A stretch of 64,000 bases of DNA from Escherichia phage UE-S1, in sequence record ON568341.1. One strand, given 5' to 3'. Position numbers and translations under genes: made by a program. This document shows positions 45,551 to 53,976 of the stretch, piece after piece. Under the pieces are notes generated by a model that was not told the origin of the DNA, did not search any database, and was given only the letters and a program-made list of their open reading frames with translations. Position 1 is the stretch's first letter. Every line of letters starts with the position of its first letter.

Positions 45551-46405
45551 ATGAAACTTTATCTAATAGTTGACTATAATAAGGATTATGCTGGTAACTT
45601 CACCGAAGATTCGGATGGATATTGCACATCGACTAATGTCAATGTACGTAGCAGTAGTGCTCATGAACATGAATCTTGTAAAAATCTAAAAGATTTTATC
45701 ACATACCGAGCATTTGAAAAGAACTTCTGCCGCAGTAGATATTCTAAGTTTGAGTACCCATTAATTGATGTTCCTGATGAATTGATGTTCCAGCTAATGT
45801 TAACTGGAGTTCAAGATTATGATTATATTGCTTATAATCACATAACAAAGAAGATTTACATTGGAACATCAGTACACGATACTTCCATGTATGCATCATG
45901 CCCAGATGATCGAATGAAGCATAGAAATTCATACTATAGTGGATCAGTTGGTTCAAATAATTCATCAAATAAAAATTCATTCTTTGAGTACGTGTATGAT
46001 TACCATCACGAGAAAAAAGAACGTGAAGATTACTGTATAGAGATTGATAGTACTAATGGATATGAAGACGTAAAAGAAGCTCTTATGCCATACATTATAG
46101 AAAAATACTACAAAGATTTTCAGTACTGTAGTAATTTTCTAATCAGAAATTCTATTCAAATCGGTCGTCAATCCACTGCATACGCTATGTACTACAGTGA
46201 TTCTCCAGTTGTAGCAGGAAATGAAAGGGGTGATATCCTACCAATTCCACGTGAAGATATGACATTCATTTTTACATCTTTTATTGAGGATGATGAATTG
46301 TACGTTAAAAATAAGCATCGTTTCATGCCAAGTAAAATTGAGATTATTAGAAGCATCAGTGTTGATATATTAACCAATTTTACTGAAAAAACTGAATATA
46401 ACTGA
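45551..46405 (+). CDS. hypothetical protein with FamB-like motif (284 aa)
   Basis: motif DELMFQLMLTGV at residues 67-78; RBS GGAGA. Confidence 0.55.
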   Translation: MKLYLIVDYNKDYAGNFTEDSDGYCTSTNVNVRSSSAHEHESCKNLKDFITYRAFEKNFCRSRYSKFEYPLIDVPDELMFQLMLTGVQDYDYIAYNHITKKIYIGTSVHDTSMYASCPDDRMKHRNSYYSGSVGSNNSSNKNSFFEYVYDYHHEKKEREDYCIEIDSTNGYEDVKEALMPYIIEKYYKDFQYCSNFLIRNSIQIGRQSTAYAMYYSDSPVVAGNERGDILPIPREDMTFIFTSFIEDDELYVKNKHRFMPSKIEIIRSISVDILTNFTEKTEYN

Positions 46406-46435
46406 GACAAAATAGAAGTTAATGATATAATGTGA

Positions 46436-46463
46436 GGTGACAGTATATACTGTCACCTTTTTT
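46436..46463 (+). terminator. rho-independent terminator
   Basis: GGTGACAGTAT / ATACTGTCACC stem followed by TTTTTT. Confidence 0.7.
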
Positions 46464-46554
46464 AATCCTGAAAGGTTCCTATAAGGAAATGATTAAAAGC
46501 CTAATCCACTCGAAAATGTAGAGGGTAGATGAGTAGTCCTTTCAGTACGAACAG

Positions 46555-46664
46555 CAGAAGAAACCCGTCAGATGTGGGCATAGTTTGAACCCCTCACGGC
46601 AATGCGGCTCAGAAGAAACCCGTCAGATGTGGGCATAGTTTGAACCCCTCACGGCAATGCGGCT
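46555..46664. repeat. perfect 55-bp direct tandem repeat (2 copies)
   Basis: CAGAAGAAACCCGTCAGATGTGGGCATAGTTTGAACCCCTCACGGCAATGCGGCT at 46555-46609 and 46610-46664. Confidence 0.9.
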
Positions 46665-47083
46665 GTATAAAGAACTCCAATAGGATAAAGAGAGTTCCTC
46701 GATAGACATATAAGGATCGCACCTTACCAATTATCTAAGGGAGATTTCATAAGAAATATGCGGTCGGAATTATACAATATAGTTGCGTCCAAATTTTGTG
46801 AAATCAAATACAAGTACTGGTCATATGGTATTTGTATTATGTGTCGGGATGTTTAAGACCGACGACCGTTGCTACAAGAACCGCGATAGAGAGAAACAGA
46901 GCAACCCGCTTTCGTCTCGTAAGAGAATTCGTGATATGAACTATGTGAAGGCCACCAGCGTCAAACTTTTTTGTTCTTTCCCCTGCGGGGGGATGAAATA
47001 TGCTCAAGCAAACCTCGTCAATATTAATTAAAAGACTTTATAATACTTGTAGAATTGTACATGCACCGCATGGAGAATTCTAC

Positions 47084-47106
47084 TGATGTTGATGTAATCA
47101 ACATCA
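47084..47106. promoter_or_regulatory. palindrome TGATGTTGAT-gta-ATCAACATCA upstream of gene 47137
   Basis: 10-bp perfect arms, 3-bp spacer, ~30 bp before ATG. Confidence 0.4.
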
Positions 47107-47136
47107 CGTATATTCATTGATGTTTCCATAGGAATA

Positions 47137-47682
47137 ATGATGGCATTTATTAAAAAAGAAAAAACTATTACTTATAAAACTTTGAATTTTGATGATTGTA
47201 TTAATCAATCACAGGACGAAAATATTTTTACTGGATATGTGGTTATTAAAGAAAAAGGATGCATTTCTTATATAAAGGAATTGCAAAATGGCATTGAAGT
47301 CACTTCAGTTAAATTACTTCCTACACAAAAACCAACAATATCAAAAGCCCAGTACGGTAATTATTTCGAGGAAAGATACAGTAATAATTTAATAAGTGTT
47401 AAAGCTCATATTGTAAAAGGAGAACTAGAAGGAGAATATAGAAAATTCAACCCACAAGGAAAATGTGTTTGGGTTAAATACTACAATTCAGGTGTTGACA
47501 TAACATCTGAAATTATTGAGTTTTTAGGATTGACATGTACACCTGAAACTCTTCATGACTACAAATTTAATACTGAAGAAGAGTTTAATCTGATGATGCG
47601 TTATGGATCACATTTTAAATTTTTATATGAATATAACGTTGACAGTAGTATTTTTGATAAAATAGTACATAATTGTCTATAA
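47137..47682 (+). CDS. hypothetical protein (181 aa)
   Basis: ORF track; first gene after noncoding island. Confidence 0.55.
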   Translation: MMAFIKKEKTITYKTLNFDDCINQSQDENIFTGYVVIKEKGCISYIKELQNGIEVTSVKLLPTQKPTISKAQYGNYFEERYSNNLISVKAHIVKGELEGEYRKFNPQGKCVWVKYYNSGVDITSEIIEFLGLTCTPETLHDYKFNTEEEFNLMMRYGSHFKFLYEYNVDSSIFDKIVHNCL

Positions 47683-47698
47683 CAAAAGGATTTATATA

Positions 47699-48220
47699 AT
47701 GTCGAAGAAGGATACTTCGAATAAACATTCAGTACATTTCAGTACTGGAAAAGATAACTGGACAACCCCAAAAGATTTTTTTGAAGATTTAGATGAGTTA
47801 TGGGGATTTACACTTGATGCTGCTTGTGTAGATGAGACTGCATTGTGTGATAATTTTTTCACTCCAGAAGATGATTCACTGTCACAGGATTGGGGAAATA
47901 ATATAGTTTGGTTGAATCCACCATATAGTGACTTAAAAACATGGTTATCTAAAGCTGTAGATGCATATAATAACGGAGCAACTGTAGTTATTCTTGTACC
48001 CTCAAGAACCGATACAATTGCTTTTCAGGATTATGCTGCTAAAATATGTGATTGTATTTGTTTTATTAAGGGAAGATTGCGATTTGGTATACCAGAAGAA
48101 CCCGATAAGAAAACTGATTCAGCACCATTTCCTTCGTGTCTGATAGTTCTGGATAAGTACTTAACCACTGCTAAAATCAATTGTCTTAAATCTCTCGGAT
48201 TGGTGATGAAGAATTTATGA
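47699..48220 (+). CDS. dam: DNA N6-adenine methyltransferase, phage Dam type
   Basis: catalytic NPPY motif (WLNPPYSD) and overall resemblance to small phage Dam methylases; 173 aa. Confidence 0.75.
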   Translation: MSKKDTSNKHSVHFSTGKDNWTTPKDFFEDLDELWGFTLDAACVDETALCDNFFTPEDDSLSQDWGNNIVWLNPPYSDLKTWLSKAVDAYNNGATVVILVPSRTDTIAFQDYAAKICDCICFIKGRLRFGIPEEPDKKTDSAPFPSCLIVLDKYLTTAKINCLKSLGLVMKNL

Positions 48221-48750
48221 AAGAAACATGTATATTATCATTTATGAGATGTAACCCAGTCCACAATGGACATGGTTTAGTTTTTGAAAAGGCCAAAACA
48301 TTACAAGAACAGTACAATGCTGATTTAAAAATTTATCTAAGCACTAGTACTGACAATATAAAAAACCCACTACCACCTGAACTAAAAATGTATTATACAG
48401 AGGGATTCTATCCTTCAGTGCAAGAGAACATCTACACAGAGGACAATCTATTTGATATAATGAGAGAACTGGATGGAAAGTACTTAGATGTTCTCTTCAT
48501 ATGTGGTTCTGACCGTATTGATTCTTTTCAGAAAACCCTTGACACTTACAATGGGAAGTTGTATAATTTTTGTAATATAAAAGTAATTCAAGCAGGTATT
48601 GACCGCCAATCAAGTCGATATAGCTCAACACAAATGCGTAAGTTTGCCAAAAATGAAGATTTTGATAGTTTTCGTGAGTTTTTGCCTGGAAATGACGAGA
48701 ACTTAAAAATTCAATTATTTGAAGATGTTATAAAATACATGAGGAAATAA
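48217..48750 (+). CDS. HxGH-motif nucleotidyltransferase (cytidylyltransferase superfamily, NMN adenylyltransferase-like)
   Basis: N-terminal FMRCNPVHNGH matches the (T/H)xGH nucleotidyltransferase signature; ATGA overlap with dam. Confidence 0.5.
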   Translation: MKETCILSFMRCNPVHNGHGLVFEKAKTLQEQYNADLKIYLSTSTDNIKNPLPPELKMYYTEGFYPSVQENIYTEDNLFDIMRELDGKYLDVLFICGSDRIDSFQKTLDTYNGKLYNFCNIKVIQAGIDRQSSRYSSTQMRKFAKNEDFDSFREFLPGNDENLKIQLFEDVIKYMRK

Positions 48751-48752
48751 TT

Positions 48753-49046
48753 ATGTCAGTACTGTTCAAAACTAATCCAGTACTTTGGGAACAAAATGAA
48801 CAATCAGGATTTCGTTCCATCCATGTTGAATACAAAGGTAATACAGTAGTTGCAATTATTGCTAACAAAACTCTAGGAAAATGGACCGCACAGGTTGTTC
48901 CTATGGGCTATTCTTATACATCTGATGAGGTTCAATTTTTAGCTGAACTTTATCGTCAAGTTCCTTTTATTATTAATGTGTTAGAAGGCAATGATACATT
49001 ATCACATGAAGATGTGATTGATTTTCTTGGAAACTTACATGTGTGA
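48753..49046 (+). CDS. hypothetical protein (97 aa)
   Basis: ORF track. Confidence 0.5.
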   Translation: MSVLFKTNPVLWEQNEQSGFRSIHVEYKGNTVVAIIANKTLGKWTAQVVPMGYSYTSDEVQFLAELYRQVPFIINVLEGNDTLSHEDVIDFLGNLHV

Positions 49047-49326
49047 TGAAATAAATCTTACAGGATATTTTTTACAAGAATCTATGATTAAATTTAGTGA
49101 ACATTTCCCAGTACTGGATGGTATCGAAATGTGGCATGTCAAACCACTGTTCCACACTTTCAGTAAAGAGCACAAAATGTTATTGACTGAGGCGAGTAAA
49201 TCAAATAACATATGTGAAATCAAAATTGGTGTAAATGTCTATAAAGGGATGGTTATCTTTTTTGACAATAACAGCAACTACTTTTATATTGTTAAGGAGC
49301 ATTACGTTGACAAATACAAATACTAA
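49039..49326 (+). CDS. hypothetical protein (95 aa)
   Basis: ATG 49039 overlapping upstream stop. Confidence 0.45.
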   Translation: MCDEINLTGYFLQESMIKFSEHFPVLDGIEMWHVKPLFHTFSKEHKMLLTEASKSNNICEIKIGVNVYKGMVIFFDNNSNYFYIVKEHYVDKYKY

Positions 49327-49915
49327 TACATACTTCCGTTATCTTCGCTTAGGTCTTTCCCTGCGACCGATCCGTGGAAAGTGCGATTCACTCGCGGACC
49401 TTGACTATGCATATGCATTACATCATGAAGGTGTACAGTATGTATTGGGTGATTATGGTGAATTTGAAGAAACAAATGACAGTACTGGAATTAATGCTGG
49501 TGTAGATAATCTCAACAACATTGCAAACAGTTCTCGTCATGATATTGTATTACAAATCCAGAACTTTATTGAGCAACACACAGGAAAACGTGTTTGGTGC
49601 TATGTCGGAACTGATGCACAAATGTCTATTTCATTCGGTAATGATGATGGATATGTCGCACAGCTAATTATGGATTTTGAATCTGAAGAGAAGTTTTTAG
49701 AATTTAAAGAGAAAATCATCAAATCACTCGTTGATATGGGTGTCCCCGAAAATAAAATGCCAGAAGTTCAAAATATTGATGAATTTGTTTTGATTCCATC
49801 TGATGAGAAATATGATGCAATGTTTACTGCTCTTGATATTCCTGGAGTTATTGTGGAGTACTTTGATGATGGTGATGATAGTATCTATATAGATCTAGAT
49901 GACGACGATGAATAA
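49235..49915 (+). CDS. hypothetical acidic protein; start uncertain
   Basis: 226-aa ORF with DDGDDSIYIDLDDDDE tail; first 92 nt overlap previous gene; no in-frame ATG after 49326. Confidence 0.4.
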   Translation: MSIKGWLSFLTITATTFILLRSITLTNTNTNTYFRYLRLGLSLRPIRGKCDSLADLDYAYALHHEGVQYVLGDYGEFEETNDSTGINAGVDNLNNIANSSRHDIVLQIQNFIEQHTGKRVWCYVGTDAQMSISFGNDDGYVAQLIMDFESEEKFLEFKEKIIKSLVDMGVPENKMPEVQNIDEFVLIPSDEKYDAMFTALDIPGVIVEYFDDGDDSIYIDLDDDDE

Positions 49916-49920
49916 TATAT

Positions 49921-49947
49921 AGCCCGACATAAGTTCGGGCTATTTTT
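49921..49947 (+). terminator. rho-independent terminator
   Basis: AGCCCGA / TCGGGCT stem followed by ATTTTTG. Confidence 0.65.
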
Positions 49948-49959
49948 GTAAGGGGATAT

Positions 49960-50235
49960 ATGAATTATAAAGTTCTACAATATACATACAGTGTTTTGTT
50001 TGATTTACATCACAATGGAAGATATCTCAATACAATACGAGAAAACACATTTACTCATATGTTATGGATTGATTACTTAGAAACGATTCGTGCATATTTT
50101 GTTAATACTGAGATAATCATTCGTGGTAAAAAACAGAAGATTCAACATGTTAATAGTTATGGTGGTAAATTAACTCTAACATTTACCGATAATAATACTA
50201 ATGAAATGTGTTGTATCGAGTTGGTGAACATATGA
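49960..50235 (+). CDS. FamC small paralog
   Basis: N-terminus MNYKVLQYTYSVLFDL. Confidence 0.55.
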   Translation: MNYKVLQYTYSVLFDLHHNGRYLNTIRENTFTHMLWIDYLETIRAYFVNTEIIIRGKKQKIQHVNSYGGKLTLTFTDNNTNEMCCIELVNI

Positions 50236-50498
50236 ATTATAAAGATTTCCAATTAACATATAAGATTATTCGCAATCTAGCACACAACAATGATAGCCCT
50301 AGTCTAGAAGACACATGCACAGAAATGATCCATACGATTCGTGCAAAGATTGAAGAAAATTTCAGTACTGTTATTATTAATGATGACCATGCAGAATTTT
50401 CTGATATAATCATTAGACGTGATGGTAAAGTTGAGGTTCAGTACTACACTGATTTTGGATTTACAAGTGTACCGTTGGAGATATTCCCTTGGGATTAA
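50232..50498 (+). CDS. FamC small paralog
   Basis: N-terminus MNYKDFQLTYKII; ATGA overlap. Confidence 0.55.
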   Translation: MNYKDFQLTYKIIRNLAHNNDSPSLEDTCTEMIHTIRAKIEENFSTVIINDDHAEFSDIIIRRDGKVEVQYYTDFGFTSVPLEIFPWD

Positions 50499-50800
50499 AT
50501 TTAAATGATATACAATTCACTTATAAGGTACTATATGATTTGTATGATGCATACCTTGTTAGTAACAAAATAGGTTCACATAACCCAACCAAAGAACAAT
50601 CATTTATTGATTTATATATTGAGTACTTAGATTCTATTGAAAACTATCTCAAAAAGAATTACAGTACTTTTATCGATGGAAATGATACATTCGATTTCTA
50701 TGGTGTGCAATCATATGATGGTATAATCCATGTTCAATTTCAGGAAAGAACCGATAGGGAATTTATCGAAATTAAAGTTGTGAAGTTGGTGAATTTATAA
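50489..50800 (+). CDS. FamC small paralog
   Basis: N-terminus LNDIQFTYKVLYDL. Confidence 0.55.
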   Translation: MGLNLNDIQFTYKVLYDLYDAYLVSNKIGSHNPTKEQSFIDLYIEYLDSIENYLKKNYSTFIDGNDTFDFYGVQSYDGIIHVQFQERTDREFIEIKVVKLVNL

Positions 50801-50810
50801 GAGGTTACAT

Positions 50811-51122
50811 ATGTTATTAAATGATATACAATTTACATACAAATTTTTGTATATCCAATTCGCAACGGTTGATGCTGGTCAATATATCTACAGTGAAGTT
50901 TATCGTTCGATATGGATAAAGTTTTTGGATGAATTACATGATTATTACCATGATTTGTGTATAGTTCGTGATAATAAAATATACAAATTCCGCGATATTG
51001 TTAGCCATAGCGGTAAGCTAAGATTGGAATTAAGTACTGATAAGGATGTTGATTGGATTGGTGTAAATTTACTGGAGTTGGAGAATGAAAAACAACTTAA
51101 AGGAAATACAAGTATTTTATAA
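50811..51122 (+). CDS. FamC small paralog
   Basis: N-terminus MLLNDIQFTYKFLY. Confidence 0.55.
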   Translation: MLLNDIQFTYKFLYIQFATVDAGQYIYSEVYRSIWIKFLDELHDYYHDLCIVRDNKIYKFRDIVSHSGKLRLELSTDKDVDWIGVNLLELENEKQLKGNTSIL

Positions 51123-51369
51123 ATTCTTATACTTATCATATGTAAAAGATGAGTATTATGAAAGTGTGTATTATTTTTTATGGCAACATTACCGTACTAT
51201 AGTAAGAGATTTATATATAGGAAAATCTATCATATCCAATGGTGAAAAATGTACCTGTACGGATGTAGTTAGTTTTAATGGTTCTTTAACACTGTGTTTC
51301 AGATGCGATAATAATAGTGGGTCATTTTCATTAAACGTATATCAGTTAGAAGGAATAAATTTTGAATAA
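51085..51369 (+). CDS. FamC small paralog
   Basis: N-terminus LKEIQVFYKFLYL. Confidence 0.5.
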   Translation: MKNNLKEIQVFYKFLYLSYVKDEYYESVYYFLWQHYRTIVRDLYIGKSIISNGEKCTCTDVVSFNGSLTLCFRCDNNSGSFSLNVYQLEGINFE

Positions 51370-51562
51370 ATGTCCATACTGTAACAGTACTCAATTAGCT
51401 CGTTTCCGTTTAGATTCAGACTGGGCGACTGGTGCTGGTGATTTCTTTCCTATTAATGATGATGCGGAATACACCGAAGAACAACTCAAAGATTTTGATA
51501 AATCATGGCGACCTGACATTGAGTGTATTTATTGCCTTAATTGTGAGCGTGTCCATGACTAA
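51362..51562 (+). CDS. putative zinc-ribbon protein (66 aa)
   Basis: CPYCNS ... CIYCLNC (Cx2C-x40-Cx2C). Confidence 0.5.
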   Translation: MNKCPYCNSTQLARFRLDSDWATGAGDFFPINDDAEYTEEQLKDFDKSWRPDIECIYCLNCERVHD

Positions 51563-51818
51563 AGCTGAACTAATAGTTCATACATATAAAATGATATCAA
51601 GTACTGAGTCTTCGTATAGTGAAGATAATCCGGTACTGGATTATTTTGTTGAATTATTGAAAGAGCATTATATTGGTAAATCACTGATTCTCAATAATAT
51701 TAATTTCACGGTAAAGGATGTAGCACCTGGAAAAAACATACTAATAGTATGTGTTACTTCATCTGATAACCCAGTATACCCAATATCAATAATTTTTGAG
51801 ATATTAGGAGATTTATGA
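51555..51818 (+). CDS. hypothetical small protein, FamC-like
   Basis: ATG 51555 overlapping upstream stop; track start 51432 rejected. Confidence 0.45.
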   Translation: MTKAELIVHTYKMISSTESSYSEDNPVLDYFVELLKEHYIGKSLILNNINFTVKDVAPGKNILIVCVTSSDNPVYPISIIFEILGDL

Positions 51819-52105
51819 ATATCATTTTAATGCAGAAAACATATGCTATATTGGTGAAAGATTATTCCATTACTTTCGATTTACAAGAAAGTGCTCTGCA
51901 TAACCTATACAAAAACGTAACACAAGAATACAGAAATATGTTTTCTGACTTAGTAGTAGGAAGGTATTTCAGAACTAGAAAATACCCAAAACTTCAAATA
52001 GTTGATGTTTCTTTTTATTTCAATGGTCATATTACTATTCATAGTTTAGACCAAGATTCAACAACGTACTTAAACTTTTCATTTGATGAGGTAACATTTT
52101 TATGA
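51815..52105 (+). CDS. hypothetical small protein, FamC-like
   Basis: ATGA overlap. Confidence 0.45.
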   Translation: MNIILMQKTYAILVKDYSITFDLQESALHNLYKNVTQEYRNMFSDLVVGRYFRTRKYPKLQIVDVSFYFNGHITIHSLDQDSTTYLNFSFDEVTFL

Positions 52106-52278
52106 GAACAGTATTTTTTATCTGGAGTCTTTTTTCATTGGCAGTACTGACAGTATGTGGGATTTGTTTCCTTTCATCAATTAATACTTGGTATATCAAT
52201 TTACTATTTCCATTTGTCGGTGTTGGTTTAGGGTTTACTTTGCATAGTGTATGTAAGGATTACAATGAGAACAAATGA
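52102..52278 (+). CDS. hypothetical small membrane protein (58 aa)
   Basis: two hydrophobic segments; fills a 160-bp gap; not in track. Confidence 0.3.
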   Translation: MRTVFFIWSLFSLAVLTVCGICFLSSINTWYINLLFPFVGVGLGFTLHSVCKDYNENK

Positions 52279-52543
52279 AGTACTTATTGCTGAAACAATG
52301 AAGATGATTTACAATATCACGTCAGCACAGAATATGCCCTATCCAACTAAGTCTTTATTGAGGACTGTGTATCTGGGGATAGTACAGGAGTACTACAAAT
52401 CCAAGCACCTAAGCATTATTAGTGTTTATCGTGATTATGAAAGGATTCGTATTTTATTCTGGAACAAGAATCGAGTACGTTCTGAATGTGACCTAGTGGA
52501 CTTTAAATTAGAGAATCTTTATTGCTATAAACAGGGACAATAG
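52265..52543 (+). CDS. hypothetical small protein (92 aa)
   Basis: ATG 52265 after AAGGA RBS (track start 52247 is GTG). Confidence 0.45.
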   Translation: MRTNEVLIAETMKMIYNITSAQNMPYPTKSLLRTVYLGIVQEYYKSKHLSIISVYRDYERIRILFWNKNRVRSECDLVDFKLENLYCYKQGQ

Positions 52544-52601
52544 TTTAATTCATGATATAATAATGGGTAAGGAACAATAATTAACACAAGGAGTGTGTGA
52601 A

Positions 52602-53330
52602 ATGCTTGACCGTATCCGTTTCGCTACAGAGATGGCGAATGAATTAAACATGGCAAATTTCCAAATGTTAACATCAGTAATGGCTGAACATGCATGTGCT
52701 TATTCTGTAAGTGGTGTGCAGTGTGGTCAGGAGAATATGTTAGCAGATGTTTATAGTGAAGTGCAAAGTAAGCAATATAGTGTAAAGACATATAAGGATA
52801 AGTTTGTTAGTCTTTATATGAACGAAGATATTGCCGAAGACCGTAAATTCACTGATTTTATTATTGAACGCCGAGTATCAGGTGTATCTAATCCTAATGC
52901 ATCAAGCGAGGAAGTTTTTGCAGAAGTACTGAAAGATATATACGAAAATGAATTAAAAAGTAAGAATCATTACAATGTACGTGAAACTAACACAGTGCTC
53001 TTGGGATATGATGAAGACGAAGAATACTATTATTTTCGTATGACTGAAGTTCCTTTTGAATACAAATCTCCATATACAACTACAGTGAAAGAATTTACTG
53101 AAAAAAGTAAAAACTTCATGAAGCATGAAGGAAATCGTTGTAGTATAAATGGTTATGACGAAAATGGCATTCACATTTATGAATGGGTTCACCCAAATTG
53201 TCAGACATACACTCGTTGCTTGAAAAAACGTTATAATTTAGAAGAGCATGAATCATTCTATTTTAAAGTTAAGAAGCAAGGTTATACTCGCCCCGCCGAT
53301 TCTGAATTGATGGGTATGATATATTTCTAA
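52602..53330 (+). CDS. hypothetical protein (242 aa)
   Basis: ATG 52602 after AAGGAG RBS. Confidence 0.55.
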   Translation: MLDRIRFATEMANELNMANFQMLTSVMAEHACAYSVSGVQCGQENMLADVYSEVQSKQYSVKTYKDKFVSLYMNEDIAEDRKFTDFIIERRVSGVSNPNASSEEVFAEVLKDIYENELKSKNHYNVRETNTVLLGYDEDEEYYYFRMTEVPFEYKSPYTTTVKEFTEKSKNFMKHEGNRCSINGYDENGIHIYEWVHPNCQTYTRCLKKRYNLEEHESFYFKVKKQGYTRPADSELMGMIYF

Positions 53331-53340
53331 GGAAACTTCT

Positions 53341-53622
53341 ATGGATTTTTATCTACACACATGGACATACGAACAATATATTACATTATATCTTGAAATT
53401 ATTAACACAGAACCTAGGTGTGGTTGTTGGTTCGCAGATATCATAAAAGAGTATGCTGACGAGTTCGAGTTTGTGTATCTTGGGTCTGATATATTTGTAA
53501 AAAGTGTAGGTAAAACCGGACGAATCACTGATATAGATTACGACACTGTTAGTGTCAATTTCTATGTTGATTTTCCTGATGCTGGCGTTGATGGTGTATA
53601 TTGTCTTTATGAAATAATTTAA
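53341..53622 (+). CDS. hypothetical small protein
   Basis: ORF track; terminator follows. Confidence 0.5.
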   Translation: MDFYLHTWTYEQYITLYLEIINTEPRCGCWFADIIKEYADEFEFVYLGSDIFVKSVGKTGRITDIDYDTVSVNFYVDFPDAGVDGVYCLYEII

Positions 53623-53630
53623 ATTCTTAG

Positions 53631-53654
53631 GCCAGCGTTTGCTGGTCTTTTTTC
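53631..53654 (+). terminator. rho-independent terminator
   Basis: CCAGC / GCTGG stem followed by TCTTTTTTC. Confidence 0.55.
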
Positions 53655-53666
53655 GCAGGTACAAAG

Positions 53667-53969
53667 ATGTTCAGTATAGATTTAATTAACAGTACTATCA
53701 AAATGTTGGCTGATTTGGTGAGACAATCCAATGGAACTTTATATCCATCAATGTATAAAATGTTTGACCGATACATCAAGGATTGTAACATATCATTATA
53801 TGGACTTGCTGTTGATATAGACGATTACTATGGAATTAATACTTCATATGAAAGAGGAATTTTGATTGGTATTAATATAAAGATGGGATATTATCCTTAT
53901 TACTGTATAGGATTACCAGATAATACTTTTGTAGAATATCCAGCCAGTACTATTAAATTAAGAGGATAA
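53667..53969 (+). CDS. hypothetical protein (100 aa)
   Basis: ORF track. Confidence 0.5.
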   Translation: MFSIDLINSTIKMLADLVRQSNGTLYPSMYKMFDRYIKDCNISLYGLAVDIDDYYGINTSYERGILIGINIKMGYYPYYCIGLPDNTFVEYPASTIKLRG

Positions 53970-53976
53970 AACTAAA

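Noticed and set aside
46783-47031. 82-aa + strand ORF inside the noncoding island
   Set aside because: No RBS, atypical composition, lies across GC-rich hairpin-prone sequence; more likely noncoding.
46465-47130. Possible tRNA genes in the noncoding island
   Set aside because: No cloverleaf could be found by eye (no GTTC-loop consensus or acceptor/T-stem pairing). A scan with a tRNA-detection program would be needed to exclude them.
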